This document shows positions 8,666-17,969 of a stretch of DNA of 64,000 bases, in pieces. A program made the position numbers and the translations under genes. The notes below the pieces were generated by a model, which ran no database searches, was not told where the DNA came from, and was given only the letters and a program-made list of their open reading frames with translations. Positions within the stretch are counted from its first letter, which is position 1; each line of letters starts with the position of its first letter. Where the stretch lies: contig JAQTOP010000010.1 in the NCBI GenBank assembly GCA_028713285.1, forward strand, positions 207 through 64,206. The letters run 5' to 3'. This DNA comes from Terrimicrobiaceae bacterium. Lineage in GTDB: Bacteria; Verrucomicrobiota; Verrucomicrobiia; Chthoniobacterales; JAATET01.

Positions 8666-9510
8666 CACCGGGCGACGCGCACTCCGTCATCCGTATTCTC
8701 GAGACGTTTTCGGAAATACGTTTCGAGGCGCGCGGAGAGATCCTTCGCCGTCTCGCCAGGCTCCGCGCGAAAGACTTCGCCGAGGCGGATCGTCACGTGA
8801 ATCGGAATCCGCGCGGCGCTCATCAGGCCGGTTTCCTTCCCCAGATAATTGCCGCTGCGTTCGATGAGCACGGTCTGGATCGGCGCGCCCGTGATCACCG
8901 CCGCCAGCGCAAAGCCGCTCTTGAAGGAATTCACCCCGCGCGCGTGAGCACGGGTGCGGGTTCCCTCGGGAAAGATCAGCAAGTTGTCACCATCAGCCAG
9001 CTTGCGCTCGCAGTCGCGAATGAGGCCGGGGCCGCGATCGTTCGTGATGAAGCCGGCCAGCCATGCGGCGCCGGCGAAGCACGGGTTGCGCATCAATCCC
9101 GCCCGCATCACGCACACCGCCCGGGGAAGGCGCGCAATGAGGAACACAGCGTCGAGCAACCCGGGGTGATTCGGCGCGACGATGGCGCCGCGCAAGTCCT
9201 CCAGCCGCTCGATGCCCTCGCAACGGATGCGGAACAGCCCGGCCCATTGCAGCCATGCGACGTAGTCTTGAAAAACCCGCCGAAGGGCATCCCGACCCGC
9301 CGCCTGCGAGCGCCGCGGACCGAGCACGAGCCGCAGAACCGGCGCGAGCATTGTCATCGCAATGCCTCCCCCGAAAAAATAGGCGAGGCTTGCGAGCTGA
9401 AGCGCGTAATTCCGCAGGTCGCGAAACGTCCATGCCACGGCGCGGCTGTGAGGGGAACGCATCAACTCGGCGCCGGAGGCAGCGTGGGGTTCGGCTTTTA
9501 CGGCTGGCAT
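8665..9510 (-). CDS. 1-acyl-sn-glycerol-3-phosphate acyltransferase-like (PlsC/LPLAT family)
   Basis: An internal ATG at 9510 lies within track ORF 8665..10023. Family features are the HX4D motif (APNHPGLLD), FPEGTRT and an N-terminal hydrophobic segment. An alternative start is at 9462. Confidence 0.82.
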   Translation of the reverse strand: MPAVKAEPHAASGAELMRSPHSRAVAWTFRDLRNYALQLASLAYFFGGGIAMTMLAPVLRLVLGPRRSQAAGRDALRRVFQDYVAWLQWAGLFRIRCEGIERLEDLRGAIVAPNHPGLLDAVFLIARLPRAVCVMRAGLMRNPCFAGAAWLAGFITNDRGPGLIRDCERKLADGDNLLIFPEGTRTRAHARGVNSFKSGFALAAVITGAPIQTVLIERSGNYLGKETGLMSAARIPIHVTIRLGEVFRAEPGETAKDLSARLETYFRKRLENTDDGVRVAR

Positions 9511-9628
9511 GACGTTGTTTTTGAATGTGTCGCAACCGGCGCGCAATTTCGAGCCGGGATTTTCTGCTTGCGGGCGGGGGCGGGATTTGGCCCGGTCTGG
9601 GCCGCGCATCCTTTTCCCCACTTCGCGA

Positions 9629-10630
9629 ATGCATAAACGCTGGCTACTCGTCCTCCTGCAAACGTCCGTCACGGTCGGCTTGCTGGCGTTCTTCTTCCAC
9701 GACGCGGAGTTTCGCCGCGACGCGATCGAGGCGCTGCGACGCGCGCATCCCGGCTGGCTCGCGCTCGGCGTGGCCATCGCGGGCGCTGAAAATCTGGTGG
9801 GTGTTTTGCGCTGGCGCATTTTCCTGCGAATGCTGGGCATCACGGTGGCGTTCTGGAAAAGCGTGCAGGTCTGCCTTGTCGCGCTGTTTTGCAACACGTT
9901 TCTGCTCGGAGGAGCGGGCGGCGATCTTGTGCGCGCGGCGTATCTCATCCGCCAGGGAGCGGGCAAGACGGATTCGCTATTGTCGGTGATCATGGACCGC
10001 GTGAGCGGCCTTGCCGCGCTCATTTGCTACACCGTTGTGCTGTGCGCCTGGAATTTCGACTGGCTGATGCGCAGCCCCAAAGCGGCGCTGCTCGTCGAAT
10101 TTGTCATCGCCTACCAGGCCTTCTGCGCGCTGCTGATCCTTGGTTCGCTATTCGTCTCGGTGCGCGGACTCACGGAGCGGCTGCCGCGCTGGGCGCCATT
10201 CCCCGAGTTCGTTCGCAAATTGGGCGTCGGCTACGCGAAGCTCATTTACCATTGGACCGGCACGCTGCGGGCGATGGCATTCTCGTTTGTGATGGTCCTC
10301 GGTTACTTCGCCGTTTTTTTCTGCACGGCGCGGGCCTTCGGGTTGAACATTTCCTTTTTTCACCTGGCGACACTCATGCCAATCGTCGATGTCATCAGCG
10401 CCCTGCCGATCAGCATTGGCGGGATGGGGGTGCGCGAGCAGGTGTTCGTGTGGCTGCTGGGCGGCCTCGCAGCGGTGCCGGCGGCGATGGCGGTATCGAT
10501 TTCTCTCGTCGGTTATCTCGTGAACACCTCGTGGGGCCTGGTCGGCGCCGCAATCCTGCCGCTCTTCAAGGGCATCGTCCGCGACGCACGCAGCGCGGCC
10601 CGCCCACCCGGACAGTCGCGCTGGAAATGA
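9629..10630 (+). CDS. Flippase-like polytopic membrane protein (UPF0104 / lysyl-PG synthase TM-region family)
   Basis: The ATG at 9629 (MHKRWLLVLLQTSVTVGLLAFFF) starts a protein with multiple predicted TM helices. Blocks LLGGAGGDLVRAAYL and LPISIGGMGVREQVF are typical of the family. The gene is divergent from the 9510 operon. Confidence 0.8.
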   Translation: MHKRWLLVLLQTSVTVGLLAFFFHDAEFRRDAIEALRRAHPGWLALGVAIAGAENLVGVLRWRIFLRMLGITVAFWKSVQVCLVALFCNTFLLGGAGGDLVRAAYLIRQGAGKTDSLLSVIMDRVSGLAALICYTVVLCAWNFDWLMRSPKAALLVEFVIAYQAFCALLILGSLFVSVRGLTERLPRWAPFPEFVRKLGVGYAKLIYHWTGTLRAMAFSFVMVLGYFAVFFCTARAFGLNISFFHLATLMPIVDVISALPISIGGMGVREQVFVWLLGGLAAVPAAMAVSISLVGYLVNTSWGLVGAAILPLFKGIVRDARSAARPPGQSRWK

Positions 10631-11091
10631 ACGCGAAAACGGCCGCCCGTCGCGACATCCAGCAACTCGAAAACCTGCAAATCCGCCCCGTGTTTCGCGT
10701 AGCGCACGCTGAATCGTCCCGTGCGCACGTCGCTGTCGCCATCGGGCGCAGCCGATGCGCCTTCATAAGCCTCGGCGAGACACAACCATCCGGCGAGGGG
10801 CGCGGGAGCGGTGTTCCAGGCGCCGCGCCAGCCGTTTCGCGCGAGCGGACCGACGGCGGTCCATTCGCCGCCCGCACGAGTGAGGGCGAGGAGCGGCGCA
10901 TCCTTCGCGACGAGCAGGCGCAAAGCGCCATTTGCCCCGGTCTGGAAATCCATGTCGGCGACGAGCAGGTTCGCGCCGTTGCGCCAGGTCACGATTGCGT
11001 GCCGCGACGCAGTCGGTTGGAAGGCAGCTCGCGGAGCGATCGCGCAACCCGCGAGAAGGAAAGCGGCTGCGGCGACCCGGCACGCGGTCAC
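10513..11091 (-). CDS. Hypothetical lipoprotein
   Basis: A GTG at 11091, 7 nt after the gnd stop, gives (M)TACRVAAAAFLLAGC with lipobox LLAGC. The coding-like frame continues to the stop at 10513. The 3' end overlaps the convergent gene by 118 nt, which lowers confidence. Confidence 0.5.
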   Translation of the reverse strand: MTACRVAAAAFLLAGCAIAPRAAFQPTASRHAIVTWRNGANLLVADMDFQTGANGALRLLVAKDAPLLALTRAGGEWTAVGPLARNGWRGAWNTAPAPLAGWLCLAEAYEGASAAPDGDSDVRTGRFSVRYAKHGADLQVFELLDVATGGRFRVHFQRDCPGGRAALRASRTMPLKSGRIAAPTRPHEVFTR

Positions 11092-11098
11092 CCGGCGG

Positions 11099-12109
11099 CT
11101 ATGCCTTTTTCTCGAGATGCCCGCCGAATTGGTAGCGCATCGCGGAGCAGACTTTCTCGGCCATCGTGTGCTCCTTGCGGGAGCGGAAGCGGGCGTAAAG
11201 CGCGGCGGTGAGCACCTCGCAATCGACGGACTCGTCGATGGCGGCCATGATCGTCCAGCGGCCTTCGCCCGAGTCGGAAACCCGGCCGGAGAAATTCGAG
11301 AGGTTCGGATCTTCCGCAAAGGCGGCTGCGGCGAGGTCGAGCAGCCAGGAGGAGACCACGCTGCCGCGACGCCAGACCTCGGTGACGTCGGCGAGGTTCA
11401 AATCGTAAACCAGGTCGTGGTTCGTGAGCGGCGCCGTCTCGGCATCGGAGACCTGCGCCTGCGTGGCAACATTCGCATTTGAGAGAATGTCGAGGCCTTC
11501 GCCGTATGCGGCCATCATGCCGTATTCGATGCCATTGTGGACCATCTTGACGAAGTGGCCCGCGCCGGACGGGCCACAGTGCAGGTAGCCTTCCTCGGCG
11601 GTGCCGCCGAGTTTCTCGCGGCCGGGCGTGCGGGGCACGTCGCCGCGACCGGGCGCAAGGGCCTTGAAAATCGGATCCATCCGTTCGACGGCCGGGGTGT
11701 CGCCGCCGATCATCATGCAATAGCCGCGTTCGAGGCCGTGGGTGCCGCCGCTGGTGCCCACGTCGAGGTAGTGGACGCCCTTGGACTGAAGCGCCGCGGA
11801 ACGGCGGCGATCGTCGCGGAAGTAGGAATTGCCGCCGTCGATGATCGTGTCGCCTACGTCGAGCAGCGCCCCGAGCTGGTTCACGATTTTGTCCGTGATC
11901 GCCGCGGGAATCATGATCCATGCGTTACGCGGTTTCTCGAGTTTCGAGACGAAATCCTCGATCGAGGCGGCGCCCGTCGCACCCTCGGCGGCGAGCTCCT
12001 TGACCGTCTCGGGATTGGTGTCATAGACGACGCAGGTGTGTCCCTGGCGGATAAGCCGGCGGACCATGTTGGCGCCCATTCTCCCGAGACCGATCATTCC
12101 TAATTGCAT
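11099..12109 (-). CDS. gnd: 6-phosphogluconate dehydrogenase, decarboxylating (short Gnd/YqeC type)
   Basis: The ATG at 12109 gives [19 protein letters not shown] (Rossmann GxGxxG). Other blocks are [18 protein letters not shown] and [18 protein letters not shown]. Confidence 0.9.
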   Translation of the reverse strand: MQLGMIGLGRMGANMVRRLIRQGHTCVVYDTNPETVKELAAEGATGAASIEDFVSKLEKPRNAWIMIPAAITDKIVNQLGALLDVGDTIIDGGNSYFRDDRRRSAALQSKGVHYLDVGTSGGTHGLERGYCMMIGGDTPAVERMDPIFKALAPGRGDVPRTPGREKLGGTAEEGYLHCGPSGAGHFVKMVHNGIEYGMMAAYGEGLDILSNANVATQAQVSDAETAPLTNHDLVYDLNLADVTEVWRRGSVVSSWLLDLAAAAFAEDPNLSNFSGRVSDSGEGRWTIMAAIDESVDCEVLTAALYARFRSRKEHTMAEKVCSAMRYQFGGHLEKKA

Positions 12110-12188
12110 GGTGTGAGGCAGGGTTGAAGTTTGGCTGAGGTTGTCGCCACTCGCGGGGCCGAACAAGGATAATCGCCCGCTCGCGGAG

Positions 12189-14072
12189 TCATGATCGATA
12201 CATGCGCTCGATTTCCGCCTCGCCGGCGGCACGCGCCCTGCGGCGCTCCCGAACGATCACGACGGCAAGACCCGCCACGGCGACGAGTCCGAGCCAGATC
12301 CACGGAATCCGAAAGACCGCGCTCGGCTTCGTGAAGACGTCAAATGGCGGAGAAGGCTGCGACGGCGCTCCAGCGGCATCGAAACCCACAATGAGGATGG
12401 TTATGCTCTCGCCGGGATGGAGGCCGCCGATGGTGGCCCGCACGTCATCGCGGACGAAACGGGGCTTCACCTGCGGGAGCGGGAGGTATTTGAAAACGGC
12501 CTCGCCATTGGCGGCGAAATCGACCCTGCGGAGGATCACGGCGTAGCGCACGGCGGACGGTGACGTTCTCTTCCATGTGAGATCGAGCTCCGTTTTCGTC
12601 TGACGCGAAACGCCGATTTGCTCGACGGGCGGAATGTCGCTGGCGGGCTGGATTGCGGGAGCCGCCGCGCGGGAGGCGCCGGTCGGGGCGGCATCGGGCG
12701 CGCTGCGAGGATCCTCGATCACCACGGCGCGCACCGGCAGCAAGAGCGGAACATTTCCCGCGTCGAACGAGACGGCGTCATCCAGCCTGCCCGCCGCGGG
12801 GCGCGCAAAGGCAACTTCAATTTCCCGCACGGCCCCGGGCGCCAGCGCTTCGTAGGATGGGTCGGGCTGAAGCAGCACGCCCTCGGGCGCCGTGACCCGC
12901 AGCTCCGCGGGCGTGCCGCCTGCATTATGCAGCGTGACCTTCACGCGCCCAAAATGCCCGGCGACGAGGGAACCGAAATCGATGGCTTTGGGCTGGGCCG
13001 TGATACGCGCCGGTGCGGCCATCACGCGCAGCGGCACCTCGATGCGCACATCGTCGCCGGTGATGGTGATGCGACCGCCCAGCGCGCCGAGAAAGCCCGC
13101 CCGGGTGTGCAGCGCGACCTGGCACTCGGACTTCGCCGCGAGATTCACCTTGTCCTGGATGATGACCTCGGTGGGCGCGGCGATTGTCAGTTCGCGATCC
13201 GTATCCGACACATTGCGGAGCAAAAATCCTCCCGTGCGGACCTCGCCGCGGCCGTCTCCCTCGACCCGCACTTCGCGTGGCACGACCTCGATGGGCGCGT
13301 ATCCGCGTCCGCCAAGGCCGATTTCGACCCCCGGTGCGTGCGAGAACTCCCCCGTGCCGGCGAACTGGCGACTGTCGGTCGGCGTAAACGTGACGGCCAG
13401 CGTCGCGGAGCCGCCGGGACCGAGCGAATAACCGCCATCTCCGGCGGCTATCTTCCACGGCGCGGGCACGGTGAGCCGTCCTTCCAAGCGGCTGCCGCCG
13501 TCATTTCGGATCTCGAAGGTTTTCCGCTCGGACTCTCCCACGGGCACGTCCGGAAACTCCAGCCTTGCCGGCGCGACGAAGACAGGCGGCCGCTCGACGA
13601 CGTTCAGCAGCACCTCCGCCGGCGTGGAGACGCCGCCATACGGCGCGCGCACTGCGTAGCGGAAGCGGTCAGCGCCCGGGCCGGCGGACGCGTCGTGCGT
13701 ATAGGTCACCGTCGCGGTGTTGCGGCTCGTTGGCGTGATTGCGGAGAGCTTCCCCGCGGCGGGCTGGCGGCGAATGATGAATTGGAGCGGGAGTCCCGAG
13801 CGGCTCACGCCCTTGAGTGGAATCTCGACCGACTCACCGACGAACACCTTCGCCGTGGCCGGCTCCGGTTGCGCGGGCGGAACGGAGGGCAGGTCGATAT
13901 CGGCTCGCAGGTTCCATGCGACAAGCAGCCCCGCCGCGGCGCAAGCGCCGGCCAGCCGGTTCAAAATCGAGGAAGGAAATGAACGCAAGGCGGGAATGTC
14001 GTTGAAATGTCGGGTGTCAGCAACTATGCGAATAGTTGACGCCAGACGGACCCGACACAAGAGCGATGCCAT
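12189..14072 (-). CDS. Large secreted/membrane-anchored protein with repeated beta-sandwich (choice-of-anchor-D / PapD-like) modules and a C-terminal TM anchor
   Basis: The 627-aa ORF has repeated F..V.VGES..K.F.I.N.G-type modules. It has a C-terminal hydrophobic helix ([17 protein letters not shown]) followed by RERRRAR. The start is uncertain: ATG 14072 collides with the divergent gene, and an in-frame TTG at 13964 gives [17 protein letters not shown]. Confidence 0.7.
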   Translation of the reverse strand: MASLLCRVRLASTIRIVADTRHFNDIPALRSFPSSILNRLAGACAAAGLLVAWNLRADIDLPSVPPAQPEPATAKVFVGESVEIPLKGVSRSGLPLQFIIRRQPAAGKLSAITPTSRNTATVTYTHDASAGPGADRFRYAVRAPYGGVSTPAEVLLNVVERPPVFVAPARLEFPDVPVGESERKTFEIRNDGGSRLEGRLTVPAPWKIAAGDGGYSLGPGGSATLAVTFTPTDSRQFAGTGEFSHAPGVEIGLGGRGYAPIEVVPREVRVEGDGRGEVRTGGFLLRNVSDTDRELTIAAPTEVIIQDKVNLAAKSECQVALHTRAGFLGALGGRITITGDDVRIEVPLRVMAAPARITAQPKAIDFGSLVAGHFGRVKVTLHNAGGTPAELRVTAPEGVLLQPDPSYEALAPGAVREIEVAFARPAAGRLDDAVSFDAGNVPLLLPVRAVVIEDPRSAPDAAPTGASRAAAPAIQPASDIPPVEQIGVSRQTKTELDLTWKRTSPSAVRYAVILRRVDFAANGEAVFKYLPLPQVKPRFVRDDVRATIGGLHPGESITILIVGFDAAGAPSQPSPPFDVFTKPSAVFRIPWIWLGLVAVAGLAVVIVRERRRARAAGEAEIERMYRS

Positions 14073-14707
14073 TTTTTTCCGGTCACATTACCGCCGCTAC
14101 AACAGTCGTCGCCGCTGTTTTCCTCACGCTGGGCGCGGCGTCGCATGCCGCACCGCAGCCTGTCCCGGTGGGGCGGGACGCATCCCCCGCTCGAACGACG
14201 AGGCAAAAGCCCGCGAGCGAACTCATCTCAAAGCAGGCGAAGCCAAAGGTCGTGCCGCGCGTGCTCGATACCGCGACGCCGGACAATACCCGCATTTACG
14301 TCTCGCTGAGCAAGCAGCGCGCCTACCTGCTGGTCGGCGACGAGGTCGCCATCGACTCGCCGATCTCCTCGGGCAAGCGCGCGGGGATGACGCCGAAGGG
14401 CAGCTTTACCGTGATGGAAAAGGACAAGGATCATCGCTCAAACGTGTATGGGGCGTTCTGCAACAGCCGCGGCCAGATCGTGCGCGCGGGCGTGAGCACG
14501 AGGATCGACTCCGCGCCGAGCGGCACGCACTACGTAGGCGCGCCGATGCTGTGGTTCATGCGGCTCACGAGCGAGGGCGTCGGCATGCACGTGGGCATCC
14601 TCCCGGGCTACCCCGCTTCCCACGGCTGCGTCCGCATGCCGCTCGATATTGCCCCGCTGTTTTACGAACGGGTGAAGGTCGGCACGCCCGCGGTGATTGG
14701 CGATTGA
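14066..14707 (+). CDS. L,D-transpeptidase (YkuD domain)
   Basis: The ATG at 14066 gives a signal peptide [28 protein letters not shown]. The YkuD catalytic block is GMHVGILPGYPASHGCVRMP. Confidence 0.85.
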   Translation: MPFFSGHITAATTVVAAVFLTLGAASHAAPQPVPVGRDASPARTTRQKPASELISKQAKPKVVPRVLDTATPDNTRIYVSLSKQRAYLLVGDEVAIDSPISSGKRAGMTPKGSFTVMEKDKDHRSNVYGAFCNSRGQIVRAGVSTRIDSAPSGTHYVGAPMLWFMRLTSEGVGMHVGILPGYPASHGCVRMPLDIAPLFYERVKVGTPAVIGD

Positions 14708-14719
14708 TTCCGTGCCCGG

Positions 14720-15334
14720 CTACGGTGTGGGCGCCGGGCTCGACGAAGTCTTGCTCTCCGAAGCGGAGGCCGGTTTCGCGGCGGAGAATTCGGATTTCAG
14801 GCGCTCGAGCATTTCATCGATTTTCTGCCGGCGCTTGGCGTCCACTTCCTCGCGAAGCTGCTCCTCGATCTTGCGGCGCTCCTGCCGATAGCGCAGGATA
14901 AAGACCTCTTTCTGATCCTCGTTGAGCGACAGGCCGGTCTTTGCGATGGCGTCATCGATGACCTTTTTTACGCGGTCCCGCTCCTCGACTGCCCGCTGCT
15001 GCCAGGCCTTCCGCTCGCGGTCGCCCATCTCCTTCCAGCGTTTCCAGTTCTCCTTGAATCGCTCCCGCTCCTCGGGGCCCATCTTTTCGAGACGCTTTTG
15101 GAAACCCTGAAACAGGCTCTCTTCGCCAGGCGGAGGGGCTGGCGGCCGATGCATCGGGTCGGCGTCCCGCGGGGGGGAATTCCTGTCGGGGCAGGTGGCG
15201 TCCGGTGGCGGCGGATTCGGGCCCTTGCCTAAAAACGCGTCAGGTGCCGGCGGGGCAAGCGGAGGTGGTTCCGCCGTGGCCGCGATCACGGGGAGCAGGG
15301 AAGTTAAAACGAGGGCGAGGACGGATCGAGCCAT
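14720..15334 (-). CDS. Secreted Pro-rich / charged coiled-coil protein (DUF3106-like)
   Basis: The protein has a signal peptide MARSVLALVLTSLLPVIAATA and a Pro-rich spacer. This is followed by K/E/R/W-rich repeats (ERERFKENWKRWKEMGDRERKAWQQ). Confidence 0.6.
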   Translation of the reverse strand: MARSVLALVLTSLLPVIAATAEPPPLAPPAPDAFLGKGPNPPPPDATCPDRNSPPRDADPMHRPPAPPPGEESLFQGFQKRLEKMGPEERERFKENWKRWKEMGDRERKAWQQRAVEERDRVKKVIDDAIAKTGLSLNEDQKEVFILRYRQERRKIEEQLREEVDAKRRQKIDEMLERLKSEFSAAKPASASESKTSSSPAPTP

Positions 15335-15645
15335 AGCGAGGATTCGTAGTTGGAGACCAGGAGGTCGAGATTTTGAATGGTCTCAAATTCGATCTCGGCG
15401 GTTGCGGACGTCGGAGCAGCGCGATGGATGCCCACGACGGCAAGTGCAGTGAGGATTGCGCAGGCGGCTGCCGGCGCGACCATGCGCAGGAGCACCTGCA
15501 ACCAGCCGGGGCGCGCATCGATGCCGGCAGCGGCGGCGCGCAGCACCTTGCGTGCGAAATACGGCGAAGCCCCGGCGGGGCGGGCCCGACCGAGCAAGCT
15601 CCACAGCGCTTCGTCGCGAGGATCGTTGGAGTCAAATCCACTCAT
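15304..15645 (-). CDS. Small single-pass membrane protein (anti-sigma-like topology)
   Basis: An ATG at 15645 inside track ORF 15304..16314 gives a 113-aa protein with one TM helix (VAPAAACAILTALAVVGI). It lies directly downstream of rpoD on the same strand. Confidence 0.5.
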   Translation of the reverse strand: MSGFDSNDPRDEALWSLLGRARPAGASPYFARKVLRAAAAGIDARPGWLQVLLRMVAPAAACAILTALAVVGIHRAAPTSATAEIEFETIQNLDLLVSNYESSLWLDPSSPSF

Positions 15646-15758
15646 GGTCTCGATGGTGGAAGAAACCCCAAGCCTCGCGGGAAGTTTCCCGGAATCTTCC
15701 GGGCGATTGTCCACTCTCCCGCCCGGCGCTGCGGGAAGGAGCGGAATGACCCCCGCGC

Positions 15759-17969
15759 CTAGACTTCCTGCGGCTCGAGGAAGCCCTCGAGCTGGCGGAT
15801 GCGGGTGGGGTGGCGCATCTTGCGCAGCGCCTTTGCCTCGATCTGGCGGATGCGCTCGCGGGTGACCTTGAACTGGCGGCCCACCTCCTCGAGGGTGCGA
15901 CTGTAGCCATCGACGAGGCCAAAGCGCTGCTCGAGCACCTGGCGCTCGCGCTCGGTGAGCGTATCGAGCACGTCCTTGATTTTGTCCTTGAGAAGGACGA
16001 TCGCGGCCTGGTCGGCGGGATTTTCGGCGCTCTTGTCCTCGATGAAATCGCCAAAGCTCGTGTCGTCGCTGTCGCCGACCGGCGCCTGGAGCGAGATCGG
16101 TTGCTGGGCCATCTTGAGCACGGCGCGCACGCGCTCGACGGGAAGCTGGATTTCGTCGGCGACCTCCTCGGGGTTCGGCTCGCGTCCGTATTCCTGGACG
16201 AGCTGCTTCTGCACGCGGATGAGCTTGTTGATCGTCTCGATCATATGAACCGGGATGCGGATTGTCCGTGCCTGGTCCGCGATCGAGCGGGTGATCGCCT
16301 GGCGAATCCACCACGTGGCGTAGGTCGAGAATTTGTAGCCGCGGCGGTATTCGAATTTCTCGACCGCCTTCATCAGGCCCATGTTGCCTTCCTGGATGAG
16401 GTCGAGGAAGGAGAGGCCGCGGTTCGTGTACTTCTTGGCGATGGAAATGACGAGCCTGAGGTTGGCCTCGACCATCTCCGTCTTCGCGCGGAGCGCCTTG
16501 CGATGCCAGTCCTTCAGCTCGCGGTGCCGCTTTGCGTAGTCGGCGGGGGCGAGCCAGAGGCGGGCCTGCATCTCGCGAAGCTGGGATTCGACGTTGCGTT
16601 TCGCCTTGGTGGCATCCGCGGTCTTGCCGCTGCGTTTCGCGCGATCGGCCTCGTGCTGCAGATTCTGGATGAGCCGGAGATTTTCGTCGGCGAGCGCCAC
16701 GAAATCCTCGATGACCTTCTGTTTGAAGAAAAACTTGGGGTAAAGCTTGCGCAGGGCGGCGACATTCTTGTCGAAGGCCTTTGAGTGGGAGGCGCCGGGT
16801 TTGCCTTCCTTCACGACGCCAATCTCGCGATAGGCGGTGGTAACCAATTCGGTCTGCCTGCGCACCTGCTGGCAGAGGCGCGGGAGCAGCTTCATATAGC
16901 GCTCGCGGCTCTCGATTTTCTTATCCTGGATGACGCGGTCGAAGCGTTCGCGCATATCGACGAGCTTCTGGGCGAGGTCCAAGTGCGCCCGAGCGACGAA
17001 GCCGAAGCCGTAGAGCGTCTCCTGCACCTTGATCTCGGCGTCTTCGATGCGTTTGGAAATCTCGACCTCCTGCTCGCGGGTGAGCAGAGGGACCTGCCCC
17101 ATCTGGCGCAAATACATCCGCACGGGGTCGTCGAGGATATCCAGCTTCGAGTCGGCCTTTTCATCCTTCTCGTCCTTCTCGTCGTCCTCCTCCTTTTTGA
17201 AATCCTTCACGCGATCCACGTCGGATGCGTCGATGATTTCGATCTCGACCCCGCGAAGCTGGGCGATGATCGAGTCCATCGTCTCCGGATCGTTCACCCC
17301 CTCGGGCAAAGCCTCTTCAAGGTCATCGAAGGTGACGTAACCCTGCTCCTTCGCGAGCTTGATGAGTTCGCGGACCTTCTCCTGGGTCGCCTTTTGCAGG
17401 TCGGCGGGCGTTTTGGCCGCTTCACCGTTCAGATGGGCCCCGTTAACGGCGACCGAATTCGTGGATTTCGGAACGGCAGTTTTCCTGCTTGCGACCGATT
17501 TCACGGCGGCCACGGCCTCTTTCTTCGCAGACGCGGCGGAGGCGGTTGTTCCGGATGTGGGGGACTTCGGCGCGGTTGCGGATTTTTTTTCGAGAGGCTT
17601 TGCGCTAGTGGCGGGCTTGCGCGCGGGAGCCACAGCTTTCATCTTGGCTCCGCTTGCGGCACGGGCCGGCTTTTTGGCGCGTGCCGGAGGACGGGGCGCC
17701 TTGGCAACAGGGCGGTTCGGCCGCGCGACGGGGCGCTTGGGTTTGACAATCGGTTGCCTGGCGCTTACGGCGGCGGCGACCTGGGTCTTCGGCGCGGGAC
17801 GGCGCTTTGCGACTTCTGCGGGACGCCTGGAGTTTGCCCCGGGCCGCGGGCTCACGGCTTTCGGCGACGTTTTCGGATGACGAGCAGGCGAGGACTTGCT
17901 CTTGGAGACTTTGGTTTTGGCTTTCAAGAAAGGTTGGGCGGCAGCTTCTACAGGAAAAAAGGCCTTCAA
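15759..17969 (-). CDS. rpoD: RNA polymerase primary sigma factor (sigma-70) with ~185-aa K/A/P-rich N-terminal extension
   Basis: Conserved regions are [34 protein letters not shown] (2.x-3) and [30 protein letters not shown] (4.2). The track start is a TTG overlapping the dnaG stop (TTGA). The next in-frame ATG is ~113 codons in, so the start is uncertain. Confidence 0.92.
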   Translation of the reverse strand: MKAFFPVEAAAQPFLKAKTKVSKSKSSPARHPKTSPKAVSPRPGANSRRPAEVAKRRPAPKTQVAAAVSARQPIVKPKRPVARPNRPVAKAPRPPARAKKPARAASGAKMKAVAPARKPATSAKPLEKKSATAPKSPTSGTTASAASAKKEAVAAVKSVASRKTAVPKSTNSVAVNGAHLNGEAAKTPADLQKATQEKVRELIKLAKEQGYVTFDDLEEALPEGVNDPETMDSIIAQLRGVEIEIIDASDVDRVKDFKKEEDDEKDEKDEKADSKLDILDDPVRMYLRQMGQVPLLTREQEVEISKRIEDAEIKVQETLYGFGFVARAHLDLAQKLVDMRERFDRVIQDKKIESRERYMKLLPRLCQQVRRQTELVTTAYREIGVVKEGKPGASHSKAFDKNVAALRKLYPKFFFKQKVIEDFVALADENLRLIQNLQHEADRAKRSGKTADATKAKRNVESQLREMQARLWLAPADYAKRHRELKDWHRKALRAKTEMVEANLRLVISIAKKYTNRGLSFLDLIQEGNMGLMKAVEKFEYRRGYKFSTYATWWIRQAITRSIADQARTIRIPVHMIETINKLIRVQKQLVQEYGREPNPEEVADEIQLPVERVRAVLKMAQQPISLQAPVGDSDDTSFGDFIEDKSAENPADQAAIVLLKDKIKDVLDTLTERERQVLEQRFGLVDGYSRTLEEVGRQFKVTRERIRQIEAKALRKMRHPTRIRQLEGFLEPQEV

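Noticed and set aside
8665-10023. Full 452-aa extent of the track ORF for the PlsC-like gene
   Set aside because: The upstream ~170 codons are antisense to the flippase-like gene and are Arg/Ser/Pro-rich. Acyltransferase homology and a hydrophobic N-terminus begin after ATG 9510.
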